Assembly (NCBI GenBank): GCA_013239625.1 | Contig: MU054220.1 | Span: 3,659,374 to 3,723,373 of the forward strand | DNA: 64,000 bases | Origin: Lama guanicoe | Lineage: Eukaryota | Direction: 5' to 3' | Shown: positions 24,691-36,171 of the stretch, piece by piece | Numbering within the stretch: the first letter of the stretch is position 1 | How the letters are laid out: every line of letters begins with the position of its first letter | Notes under the pieces: model-generated | What the model saw: only the letters and a program-made list of their open reading frames with translations | The model's database searches: none | What the model was told of the DNA's origin: nothing | Made by a program: the position numbers and the translations under genes

Positions 24691-27600
24691 AAACCAGAGC
24701 TCCAAACCCTAGGGAGATAGTTTTAGACTGTGATTCTGGCCCATCAGAGTTCTAGGAAAAAGTATAGGGACCTTCTGCTTGCCTCCCCCAACCCACCCCA
24801 AGGGCAAATAACTACTTGCTTATGAAAAAGTTAGCTCAAAATAGTGCAGCTTCTCTCTACAGAAACTCCCTTCCCACCTGTCTCTCCTCCCCTCCGAGTT
24901 TCTAAACATCTACAGGGGTGGGGGGAGGTGGGAGGAGCGGAAGGGGAGAGGGGTTTTTCCGCTGCCTTTTCACAAGAGTTCTGGCCCCATGGGATCTAGA
25001 AGTACCAGCTGTCTTTGAGGGCCCTGATGTGGTTACTGGGCCGAGGGGGAGGCTGGCCCATTCCTGGGTTGAAAAGGACAAGAATTCTCCCATGTGCTCT
25101 GCCCTTTGTGAGTGACAGTAGGGACAGGGAAGTCCCTCTCAGTGACTTCCGAGTGATGGTGGGCACCCCCCACCCCCTTGGCCACAGCAGCAGCTTCAGA
25201 GCCCTGGGTGAGGTCCCCAGTGATGTCCCCTCCTTGCCCCTTGTCCTGCCCTGCCCTCTCACCCTCTCCAACACAGTAGGGAATGTTTATTTTTTGTCCC
25301 TGAGGCTTTGGAGATGTTTGTTTGGGATGAAAATTTGGGCTTTCTTCTATCCTTCTGGAAATTAGGCAGCTTCAAAAGAAAGAGAGATAGAAAGAATGCG
25401 TGTTTCCGGAGCCAATGAGAGAGAGGTGGTGGGATTTGGGGGTGGGGTCTTTGTTGTAGCTGGGGTGTGGCTGGGGAGCCTCAGGGTTTGGAAGCCAAAT
25501 CACCAATATCACAGCTGCAAGGGGCCCTGGAGACCACATTCCCATTTTTTAGACTAAGAAACTGAGTCCAAAGTCAGGCCCTGGCTTCAGTGATGGCAGA
25601 ATCTGCTGGTGACCTCAGCTCTCCTGTCTCCCAGCCCAGTGACTCAGGGCTTACCCGCCAGCCTTCCAGCTTCAGTGCAAACCCTCTGCTTCCAGCTTCT
25701 GTGTTCCTGGAGTTTCTTGGGATCCCGTTCTTGACTACACAGCTTTGACATAGGGACTGGCTTGTGCCCCAGCAGGATTCCCATCATGTTCCTTCCTTTC
25801 CCCAGCGAGTTCTTCTCTGTCATCCTCGCCCTTTGCAGCAGCGTAGACACTGACACAGAGCCCGGAGCCCGGTGGTGATGCTGGGACTGGAGAGAGATGG
25901 ATGATGCAGTCCCCACCCTCAACTGGCTCACCGGCTACGTGGGAGACAAGGCGGCATTAGGCAGGCTAGCCTTTAGAATAATTACGCTATGCTCTCGAGG
26001 GACACACTGCAAAGAAGTGCTGCCGCGTGGCAGCCTCACCTTGGCTTCTGCTCTTAGTCTGTGTGCCCTGAGGACCCCCCGACCAAAACCTGCACCCCAG
26101 AGGCCTCTTTGATAATGTCAGTGTTGTAGCTATGTGACTTCTTAGTTTACTGTAACCCTGCTGAACCTGGTAAATCAGGTATTGTCACCTCCATTTATAG
26201 CGAAGGAACAGAGGCCCTGGAAGTTAATCTGCCCAAAGGCACAGGACTAATGATGCACAGCCGAAAGACTTGGACCTTTGAGATTCTGAGATTCACCCTG
26301 CCAGAGGGCCCAGGTGGTAGGTTCTGGGGTTGGGACCTTTAGACCTCATCTTGCCTAAGGGGCTGATAAGCTGTCCCAGGAAGGCACCACCAGGAGGGCG
26401 ATGCAAGCTCTGGACCACCCGAGTCCCATGGCCCCCTTGCTGGGGCTCTCCCGGCCTCCCCTTCTCTCTGGCCAGGGCCAGAAGGCTCTGTCTCTCACTG
26501 CCCCCACTCCTGTGCTGCGTGTCCCAGACCCCATTTCCAGCTATTTTGCACCACTGTGATAACAGAACAATGGACCTCCCACAGCCCTTCCCCAGTCCTG
26601 CTGGAGCTCTGGGGCCTTAATCCAAGGGAGGCTGGACCTCAGCATGGAGTTCAGAGGCTGGCGATCTGCCAGGGACTTTCAAGGGGAGAGGTGATGGGGG
26701 AGATGGCTTAGAGCTTAGTTCTTTTTGGAGGTCAGGTTCACTACACAATACCCACCACCCCTCCCCCGACACACATGCACATGCACACGCACACCATCTC
26801 CTCTCAGAATATCCAGCTAGGCACAATTAACTTGATTCAGAATTCAGCTCTGCCACTTACCCCAGGAAACACTTGCATAAGTCCCTTAGGCCTTAGTTTT
26901 CTCATCTGTAAAATGGGAGTCATAATACAGCCATTCTCATAGGGCTGTGGGGGTTACACAGAATTCATGGTCTGAAGTACCTTCCCCACCCTCCTTTCCT
27001 GGGGCGGATGTTTTTGGGGCATTTCTCCTTACCAGATGGGGAGGAACAGGTGTGCTGCCCCTCCAGCAGAGGAAGTGGTTCTTGGCTGTGACACTCAACA
27101 GCAGTGACTCCCCCCTGAATCACCAGAGGCTTGGCAGCTTGTGGGTGTTCTGGGCCCCAGGCCCCTTTCTCTCCCGACTCCTCTGCCTGTCAGATTCCTA
27201 GGCCAGCCCTCGTGGGGGCACAGTCTCCATGAAGGGGACGACTCTGCAGTCCATCTGTTTCTATGGAAACCAGGCTTCCTGGGAAGGCTACGGTGGGGGA
27301 GGGGTGGAGAGGTCCTCCAGGACCAGCTCTGAATGATGCCCCAGCCCCATATGATACGCTGGCAGGGCAGGTCCTGGACAGCCACCCTGTAATGTGCTTA
27401 ATTGCTTTTCTTTGGGGAGCACATAACAGGTGCCGGGCCCCTCCACTGCCTTTCTTCTGTCTGATCGCAGTCGTGCGAGCTAAGAAGATGTAGTGTGGTT
27501 TCACAAATGAGGAAATGGAGGCTCAGAGAGCTTTAAATAATGTTCTTGTGATCACAGAACAATTAAGAGAGAGGATTGGGGTTTGAGACCAATTTTGCCA

Positions 27601-30529
27601 AATCATTAAGTACGTGCCCCCCGATCCCCCCTGACACTTGTAATGCCCTCCGGCAGCCCCCATGAGCCCTCCCTTCCTGGTCTGGTTCTGTCCCGGGGGC
27701 TCTGCTTGGCCTCTGGCCTCCCCTTCCATCTTGCCACCACTGGGGCTGTTCCTCTTTGGGGATGTTCTTTCCTGACCTCAGAAAAGGAAGGAGGAAGGAG
27801 CTGCAGGGGAGGGGGACCTTGGCCAGCAAGGACCCTCCAAGCCCCTCCCCTAACTTAACTACTTTGTCACCAGTGTTTGTTGGACTGTCTAGACCCAGAG
27901 AATAAAACTTTCAGTAACCCTCTCCCTGAGCAGTGATGCAGCAGCTTTCTGCAGTGGCAGGGGTCTCACCCTACGTTCTCACCCAACCTCTGACCGTTTC
28001 CTGGGCCCCCCAGATGCCAGGCTTTCCACCCACTCTTCTGGAGCCTTCAGCACCCCAGATCTGCTTGCCCAAGGCCACCTGGTCAGTAGGGGGTGCGGAT
28101 TCCAACCCTGCTCTGCCTGACTGTAAAGCTCGCCTGTGGCCTGGGGCAGAGCCTGCAAGCTCTGGGCCTCCTTCCTGCCCTGTCCAGAGCAGTCTCCGCT
28201 CGGGCCCCGCCCGGTCTGAGTGTGATCTGAGTGTCCTTAGCGGGGTTAGGGAGGCCTGCTTCTCTCAGTCGGACTGTCCCTTGTTTGCCTGTGCTGACAA
28301 AGTGCCTGTGTGCCCGGGCCAGCGGGGAGGTTCTTGGGCCTGCCTTCGAATCACTGGGTCTCGGGGAGGCCAGCTGGCCATGCAACGATGAGATATATGG
28401 GCCGGAAGTGGCCCGTGGCCACCACACTGAGACCCCTGAGAGTCAAGAGCGGGGAGGGCACTGTGCCCTGGGAAGGCCTCCTGGAGGAGGGGGCTTTGCA
28501 AAGACCCCAAGGAACAGGGGGCACCGGGATGAGGGGAGCCGAGGGCAGGGTGAGCCTTCCTGGTTGGGCAGTGGTTCAGAAGGGGAGCCAGCTGTTGACA
28601 GGACAGTGATTTGCTGGTTTACTGGGAATTGAGGTCAGAGCTGCTGGCCAGGGGCAGAGCGCAGAGGATTGTGAATGAAGAGTCTGGGAGCTGAAAGTCA
28701 CGTTGTCTCTTCTTGCCTTGGGGGTGCCTCTGAGTGAGCGTGGAGGTGGAGGGGCATGCCTCCTCCTGCCCCGTCCCCTCGCCTCAGGCAGACTGGCACC
28801 CGAGGGGCCCTTCAGAAAGCAGTGGGCCTAGGAAAGGGTGCATGATAGCTGTGACAGGCAGGCTTTTTCCACTGTGCATGGCTGAGTGAAGAAAAGGAAG
28901 GAGCCAGAGGGCAGGGCACTTCGCTGCAGGGACCCACCTGTACTCGCTGACACTCCCCCACTGCACGGGGCAGGGCCTGGGGCTGGGAGAGCTGCGGCAT
29001 CTTGCAGAACCAGGATTCAAACCCAGGTCTGGCTGTTCCAAAGCCACTGCTCAGCTAGTGTGCAGGGGAGTGGGGGAGGCTCCCTCTGTCCTCTCTTAGT
29101 AAAAATGGGGATAGTCCTAAAAGAAACACCTGGAGTGGCCTTGTAAGGAAGGAAAGTTCAAGGGCAGATCAGAGTTGGGGGGGGTGTTTAGAGGCGCATG
29201 TGAGTTGTAGCTGCCCGCCTGCCCCCACTCCCCTAGGCAGGGCCCAGTCCCGTGGGTAAAGGAACAACAGGACTCAGGGCTGAGAGCACTTAACTCTGCA
29301 GGGCCAGGTGCTGGGTACCCTTCCCCCTTGGAGGATGTAGGGCCCTTTGTTGGTGGGGAGCTCGCTGCTGGGGCTGGGCTCTGGGGGTGGCTGCAGTGGG
29401 TCCACCAGTCCAGATACCTGAGGGCAGTGCCTGTGGATGAAGCCCGTCCCACCTAAAGGTGATGCTGGACGTCACATGGAGCCCAGGACACTGTAGTCCC
29501 CCTTCTGTACCAGCCCCGGGCCTGTGATACAGAGGGAAGCGCTGTGTCTGTGGTGGTGGGGAGGGCTTACGGGCAAAGGAAGGTGGCTGACCCTCTGAGC
29601 AGGGTTTGTTGACACAGCCCAGGCCCGAGTGTCAGCCTTATGCCATGTGACTGAGGTCTGGGGGCTTTGCCCAAGGGGCAGAGAGGTCAGGAAATGCTAG
29701 TTGGCCCCTCTCCTGATCCTCTCTGATCCCCACTCCAGAGACCCTGTCACGTGGGGAACGTGGGGAGGAGCGAGTGTCTGTGTCTAAGTGCCCATCTCAA
29801 CCCAGCACTTTGGCCAGGTCAGGCACTGCCCCACACTCTTCACGGATATCCCATCTTGTATTCTCACAGCATCCCTGTGAGGGAGGGCCCTTTATTTTCC
29901 CAACTACAGATGGGTTGACTGGGGCACAGAGAGGTTAAGTCACTCGCCTACAGGCACACAGCTAAGCAGTGTAGATGTGGGATTTGAACTCAGAGTATGA
30001 CTTTAGCAGCTAAGCTCTCCCAGCTTTACTTGTTAGCTGGCACTTCATAAAATACTCCCTGTCCATTATCTTGTTTCTCCTTTGACACGCCCTGGGGGAA
30101 AAGTAAGGATTGTTGTTTCCGTTGCACAGATGAGTACACTGGGGCTCAGAGATAAGCTTGCTCTGATTCATGGCTGACAGATCATGTCCCTCTCCCCACC
30201 CAGGCTGTAAGCTACCTAAGGGGAGGGGCCAGGTCCCTCCAGCCTGTACCTGGCTCACAGCACATCCTCACTAAATGCAGTTCTTTGATTTAAATGTGCA
30301 GGTGTTCTGTTGTGTGTTCTGATCAATCTCTTCATTTTGCCCCTAGAGCTCTAGGAGCTGGGAATTATAGCTCCATTTCACAGATGGGGAATACTGAGGC
30401 AGAGCAGTGAGGTGACTTGTCCACTAAACATAGCCAGTAAGGGACACAGCAGGGTTGAGTGAGGCAGCCTAGCTGGCCTGGGTGAGAAGGGTTTAAACAC
30501 CAGGGAGACCTATATGAAGGGCTAAAGTC

Positions 30530-31175
30530 AAGTCTGGCCATACCTGGTGCTGGCGAGGACGTGGAGGAACGGGAACACTCGGGCATTGTAGGGCAACATA
30601 CATGGTTCGCTGCTCTGGAAAGCAGACTGGCACTTTCTCCTCGAGTTAAACGTAGATTTCTCGTATCACTCAATATAATCCCACTCCCGAGTGTCTACCT
30701 CAGAGAAAGGAAAACTGGTGCTCACGCAAAACCTGCACGTGAATGTTTGTAGCAGCTCTGTTCGTAATCATCAAACTGGCCACAACTCAGACGTCCTTCA
30801 CTGAGGGGTAAACCAACCAGTACATCCATGCCAGGGGATTCCACTCTGCTGTCAAGAGAAAGGGACCTTGACAGCATGCACGCAGAGGCCTGGGTGAATT
30901 TCAAAAACACGTTTCTGAATGAGAGAAGCTGGTCTCCAAGGTTATATATTGTATGATTCCCTTTAGGTAACATAGTTGAAGAAACAGAACTATAGCAACG
31001 GACAACAGATGGTGGTTGCCAGGGGTGAGGGGAGGATGTGACTGGTGATGTGGCCGCCCCGGGCCCTGATTTGGAGGTGGTGGTTACCTAGATCTAGCTA
31101 TACATGTGCTAAAATTCGTGTAACTGCAAACCACAAAATTGGTCTATTTTGCTGTATGCAAATTAAAAAATAAAA
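30530..31175 (+). mobile_element. Ancient L1M (L1MC/ME-like) 3' fragment in TP53I11 intron 1, sense orientation
   Basis: gtgctggcgaggacgtggag...gaatgtttgtagcagc...tgtatgattcc...gtggttgccagggg...A-rich end. Confidence 0.8.
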
Positions 31176-32944
31176 GGCCAGAGGGAAGGCCGGAAGAGGA
31201 AGGGTGGCGACCAGGCTGCTGGGTGGAGGGGCAGGTGAGGGGGCCAGCTCTGTGCTGTTCTCTGCAGTGGCTCCCGTGGGCAACCTCCAGTGGGTCCAAC
31301 CTGGCAGCTGGTGGGGACACCAGGCTGATTGTAACTTCTACCTGGATTCACAGGAAGGTGGTGGCAGGTGGCCGAGGTGTTGTGACAGCGCCCCCTTGAG
31401 GAGCAGTGCAGTTAAACCCTGGCCGTGGCAGTGGGGCGGCTGCCCTGCTGACTCGCTTCGGGCAGAGCTGCCTTCCCGGTCACCACCAGCTGCCTCCCGT
31501 TCCGCGGGCGTGTGTTTGTGTGGGAGGGAAAGCACAGCTGCCCCCCACTTTACAGAGAGCTGGGCCGGGGGCTTAGGAGGGCGTCGGGCCTGGACATCAC
31601 TCACCAAAGACCTCCAATGGTGACGTTGGCCATTGTTTCCCAACTGGAGCCGGTAAGCTACCTGCCCAGTTCATCCAGTCTCTTTAGAGACCACGTTATC
31701 CAGCACCCTACAGTGCCTTTGTTCTGGTATTTACTTGCTGGGTGCTTTATTTTGTTTTAAGCCCCTGGGAAGCTGGAAAACTGGAGGTGACCTGGGGACA
31801 TTCCTGCCCCTAGCAGTCCTGGCTGGGGCTGGGAGGGTGCGACTTGCCTGGGCCCACACAACCGAAGGCCTGACTCTGAGGCCTGGGCAGGGGTGTCCAG
31901 CAAGCCCACCTCGGGCCCCTGGCTGAGGGACAGGCAGCTTCGGAGCCTTGTGGTTATTGGGGTGGTTTTCCTGCCTCACTGGACGATGGCTGTGGGTGGG
32001 GATGATGGGCTGGAATCTGGGAGGCACCCAGAGCTGGCTGGGCCTGTGATAGGGTGGGGGGTGCTGTGCTTATTCGACCTGGTTTCTGTTGAACCTCACT
32101 GAACTCGGTTTCCTCGTCGGTAGAGTGAGTGGAAATAATACCCATCTTGCAGGCCGCTGTGATCAGAGGAGCCCGGGGCCAGCTTCCAGAAGCCTTCACC
32201 TCGCTGAGGTTTATGCTGTTGTCTCCTCCGCGTAGATTTTGTGCTGACTGAAGGCAAGGACAGCCACTTCAGCGTCTTCGTCACCTAGCCTAGTGACTAG
32301 CACACAGTAGGTGCTCAAGAGCTGGCCCGAGGTGGAGCTGGGGTGAGGCCGGGACTAGGGGCCATCGAGGATCATGGGCAGACATGGAGGAGGTCAAGGG
32401 GAGGCGGGTGGGGGATTGCTGATGGCAGGGAGGGGCAGGGCCCAGAACGCTGCCCTGCCCCTCTTCTGGCTCAGCCGGGTTCTGGGGTCACCCCCTCCCT
32501 TTCTTTTCAGTCCTGGCAGGTTTGAGGGAGTTTGGGGGATATGAGGGAGGGCTTGCTCAGCAGCAGGAATTGTCTGGGTGAAAGTTCAGTGGGGGCCTGG
32601 AATTCAGGCCCCAGAATTCAGGAGCTCCTGCCTAGGCTTGGGCAGACATTTCTTCTGGCAGGACTGACCCAGACTTCAGTTTTACAGACGAGGAAGCTGA
32701 GGCCAGGAAAGGGCAGTGACTTGCCCCTTTTTCATCACATAGCTGGGTGGTTAGGAAGCCCAGTACTGAGCCTAGGCCCTCCGATTCCTCCTGTGTACAC
32801 TTGCTGTCCTAGCCTGACAAAGAGGCCTCCCTGGATCCTGGGCCAGAGTCTGGCCACCTTCTGAGATCCGGAAGCCAGGCAGGACAAGAAGCTGAGGCCA
32901 GGTCTCCCCCCAGCCCTCCCGCAGAGGCCGGGCTCCAGGACAAG

Positions 32945-33073
32945 ATGGCAGCCAAGCAGCCCCCACCTCTTATGAAGAAGCACAGCCAGACGGACCTCGT
33001 GAGCCGCCTGAAGACCCGCAAGATCCTGGGCGTGGGCGGGGAGGACGATGACGGGGAGGTGCACCGCTCCAAG
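32945..33073 (+). CDS. TP53I11: TP53I11 (tumor protein p53-inducible protein 11, PIG11) coding exon 1
   Basis: aagATGg start; [43 protein letters not shown] (43 codons); donor AAG|GTGGGC. Probable acceptor tctccccccag ending 32913 (alternative gcag at 32924). The six exons sum to 570 nt = 189 aa + stop. Confidence 0.96.
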
Positions 33074-33279
33074 GTGGGCCGGGAGTGGGGGCCTGGAGCC
33101 GGCCACACGGGGGGCTGCCTCTGAGCACCAGTTTGGGGAGTCAGGTCTGGCCCATACCATTTGGGGAATAGAGGAACTGAGATCCATAGAGCTGCAAGGA
33201 GACCCGGAATTTAGCTCATATTTTCTGGAAACTCGATGGATTTGTTAGAAGAATAGCAGCAATAATGAAAACAGGTGCT

Positions 33280-33500
33280 TAGAGTTAGCTGAGTGCTTAT
33301 TATGTGCTTGTTATGGCACCAGCTGCTTTATAAGCATTATTTAATCTTGCTAGCCCTGGGAGGTGTTGATACATTTATTAACCCATTTTATAGATGAGGA
33401 AACTGAGGCTCAGAGAGGTTAAGGACTTGCCTAGGGCCACACCGGTAAGTGGCAGAGCAAGGCTTCAAGCCTGCATTTAGAAGACCCCTGAGCTTTCATC
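33280..33500 (-). mobile_element. MIR SINE in a TP53I11 intron
   Basis: cccattttatagatgaggaaactgaggctcagagaggttaaggacttgcc. Confidence 0.75.
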
Positions 33501-33703
33501 CTCAGCTACCCTATTGTCAGTGTTTTCAGCTTCCCTAAAGCCCTGTTGTTAAGAGGAGGCAGAGGGGAGTGGCCTCAGTGTGACTCTCCCAGCTTGGGGA
33601 ACCCTTTAGCTAAGCAGAGGCACCCAGGTGGGACACTGGGCCTCCCAGGAGCTCTGGGAGGGTGTGGGTTGGCTGGTTGCCTCTGATCCCTCTGTGTCCA
33701 CAG

Positions 33704-33762
33704 ATCAGCCAGGTCTTGGGTAATGAAATCAAGTTTGCTGTTCGGGAGCCTTTGGGGCTCAG
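33704..33762 (+). CDS. TP53I11: TP53I11 coding exon 2
   Basis: tgtgtccacag|ATC...CTCAG|gtgagc; ISQVLGNEIKFAVREPLGL(R); 59 nt. Confidence 0.96.
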
Positions 33763-33984
33763 GTGAGCATTTACCTGTGAGTTTTGGTGGGGGGAGGGGC
33801 TGCGTTAGACCCCGCCTCGTCAGCCTTGCCCCTGTGTAGTCTTGTGCTTGGTACTGCCCCTTCTCATTCCCTCCCCCAAGACCAGCCATCCCCGGGCACC
33901 TCGGCTAGAGAGAGGAGGGTCCCAGGAGGCCTGGGGGTGGCAGCGAGGGGTCTGGCTGTGACCTTTCTCTCCACGCCTCCCCAG

Positions 33985-34033
33985 GGTCTGGCAGTTTGTT
34001 TCTGCTGTGCTCTTCTCTGGCATCGCCATCATG
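33985..34033 (+). CDS. TP53I11: TP53I11 coding exon 3
   Basis: cctccccag|G...ATG|gtgagt; (R)VWQFVSAVLFSGIAIM, hydrophobic segment; 49 nt. Confidence 0.96.
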
Positions 34034-34374
34034 GTGAGTCCCAGCCCCACCCCTGGGACCTGGCCCTGGGTCTGATTCCACCTCCCTTGCCCTGGGGCCC
34101 CTGCTGCCTCTCCCTACATGGCCATCATGCTGAGGCCCCACGTGTCCAGGCCGCCTCCATGGCCTGGCTCCCGGCACTCATCCCCACCTGTGCCCTGCCC
34201 TGGAGCATCCTAGATCCCGTGGTCCATTGTTCCTGTAACCCCAGATCCTCTGTCCTGGCATAGAGGGGTAGGGGCCAGTCAGTGTCCTGACCCTGGAGTG
34301 CTGCTGAGGGATGACATCCAGGGGAAGTTTCAACAGTGTCCCCTCACCCCAGGGCTCCCTCCCGCTGTCCACAG

Positions 34375-34471
34375 GCCCTGGCCTTCCCTGACCAGCTCTA
34401 CGATGCTGTCTTTGATGGAGTCGAGGTGACCAGCAAGACCCCCATCCGCCTCTATGGTGGTGCCCTCCTCA
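34375..34471 (+). CDS. TP53I11: TP53I11 coding exon 4
   Basis: gtccacag|GCC...CTCA|gtaagt; [32 protein letters not shown](S); 97 nt. Confidence 0.96.
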
Positions 34472-34619
34472 GTAAGTATTGCTGGGGTGGACTCTGGGGA
34501 GATGATGGGCAGCTGGGGGAACAATGACAGCCGAGAGAAACGTGGGGAGCCTTTCATTGTGCAGGGGCTCCCCTTCCCAGAACCCGCCCGTCTGCTGATG
34601 TCTGTCTCTGCTGAGTGTG

Positions 34620-34638
34620 TGCTGCCATCTTGTGGCCA
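34620..34638 (-). promoter_or_regulatory. CTCF motif (reverse)
   Basis: Minus strand TGGCCACAAGATGGCAGCA, near-consensus 19-mer. Confidence 0.65.
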
Positions 34639-35449
34639 CCGGTAGAATGTACCCAGTGGACTGGGGCTCTGTCTTTGGCAGCATCTGAGACAAAGCCCTT
34701 ATCCAGTGTTTGCTGTGTGTAGCGCATCATTGGGGCATTGGGGTACAGAGATGAATGGAGCCCAGGCTCTGCCCTCCAGGGCCTCACAGCCTAGAGGAGG
34801 AGGCAAAATCAACATGGTGTTTGTAAAACCCTCACCCTTGGGCCTCTCATTTGAACCACTTCTGTTTCCTCTTCAACTTGAGTTACATCCAAGCAGTACC
34901 TGTTAGCAGGGCGAATTACAGCATTAAAACCCAGCACTGGTGGTGTTCCTCCTCTTCTCCGAAACACTCTATGGCTCCCTACTGCCTGCAGACTAAAGTC
35001 CCATCTAAAGTTCCTGGTATTCTGGGTCATCTGTGGGGTGGATCCTATCTCCCTTCACAAACCTCCCTCTTGCACATCCCATGGTGGGCCCCGGACTCCA
35101 GCCACGCCTCGTCATGCCCAATCCCCAGATCCAGAAGGCCTCCATGCCTTTGCACACTCAGTTTCCCCAATCTTGTGCCGACATCTACTCAACCTTCAAG
35201 GGCCAACGCCAATACCTCGCGGGTAGGGGGTGAGGGGGTGGAGACTGGGGCAGCTTCAGGCCCTTCAGCCACGCAGCGTAAGAGCTAGAGTGAGGGGGTT
35301 ACAGGTTAAATTGGATGACAGATGAGTTTTTATGAGGAGTTGAGTAGGGGCACTGTCTGTTGGGGATCCTGGCCACTTTGCCAAAGGGAAGAGGAACAGG
35401 CCTCTTGCCGCTGTCCCATCTCCAGTCCCCTCTTTGTCCCCCACCCCAG

Positions 35450-35551
35450 GCATCTCCCTGATCATGTGGAACGCTCTCTACACGGCTGAGAAGGTTATCA
35501 TTCGATGGACTCTGCTCACTGAAGCCTGTTACTTCGGGGTCCAGTTCTTGG
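35450..35551 (+). CDS. TP53I11: TP53I11 coding exon 5
   Basis: ccaccccag|GC...TTGG|gtgagt; (S)[33 protein letters not shown](V); 102 nt. Confidence 0.96.
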
Positions 35552-36037
35552 GTGAGTCCTGAGGTGGGCAGTGAGGGAGGGAGCAGATGGGGTTAGGGGG
35601 TGCTTGGCCCCTGGCCTCCCAGCTCTTGCCACTTGGTTTCCAGGATGTGAGGAGAACCTGCGTGAGGGGGAGGGACTCATGTGGCTGTGTTTACCTGTTC
35701 ACTGGCACACCTGTGCTCACACAGCTGACATGCACCAATGTCTTCCTGAATACACACACGCCGTGCACCTATAGCTTCCCATCCCCCACTGCTCACCTAT
35801 GTACCCAGCACCAGCATGACGGTGCACACCCAATTTTGCCCACCTGCTCATCCTGTACCTGCCACGTGGGGGACATCACAACACACACGCCTGTGGAGTC
35901 GGGCAGCTGGCAGGGTGCCCCAGCTCAAGGCGGGGTCAGCAAGGCAGCTGCCCCAGGACTCAGCAGGGCATCCCCTGATGGCGGTGAGGGGCAGCCCCTC
36001 TTCTGACCTCTGCCCCCTCCCGGCCTCTCTCCCACAG

Positions 36038-36171
36038 TGGTCACTGCCACGCTAGCCGAGACGGGCCTCGTGTCCCTGGGGATCCTGCTGCTCCTGGCCA
36101 GCCGCCTCCTCTTTGTCGCCATCAGCGTTTACTACTATTACCAAGTCGGCCGAAAACCCAAGAAAGTTTAG
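36038..36171 (+). CDS. TP53I11: TP53I11 last coding exon to stop
   Basis: ctctcccacag|TG...; (V)[46 protein letters not shown] at 36169-36171. Confidence 0.96.

Noticed and set aside
20283..28761. p53 response element for TP53I11
   Set aside because: By eye I found only isolated half-sites (GAACATGTTC 20283, GAACTTGCCA 20998, GGACTTGCCC 23401, GGGCATGCCT 28752) with no adjacent second decamer. A matrix scan is needed before claiming presence or absence.
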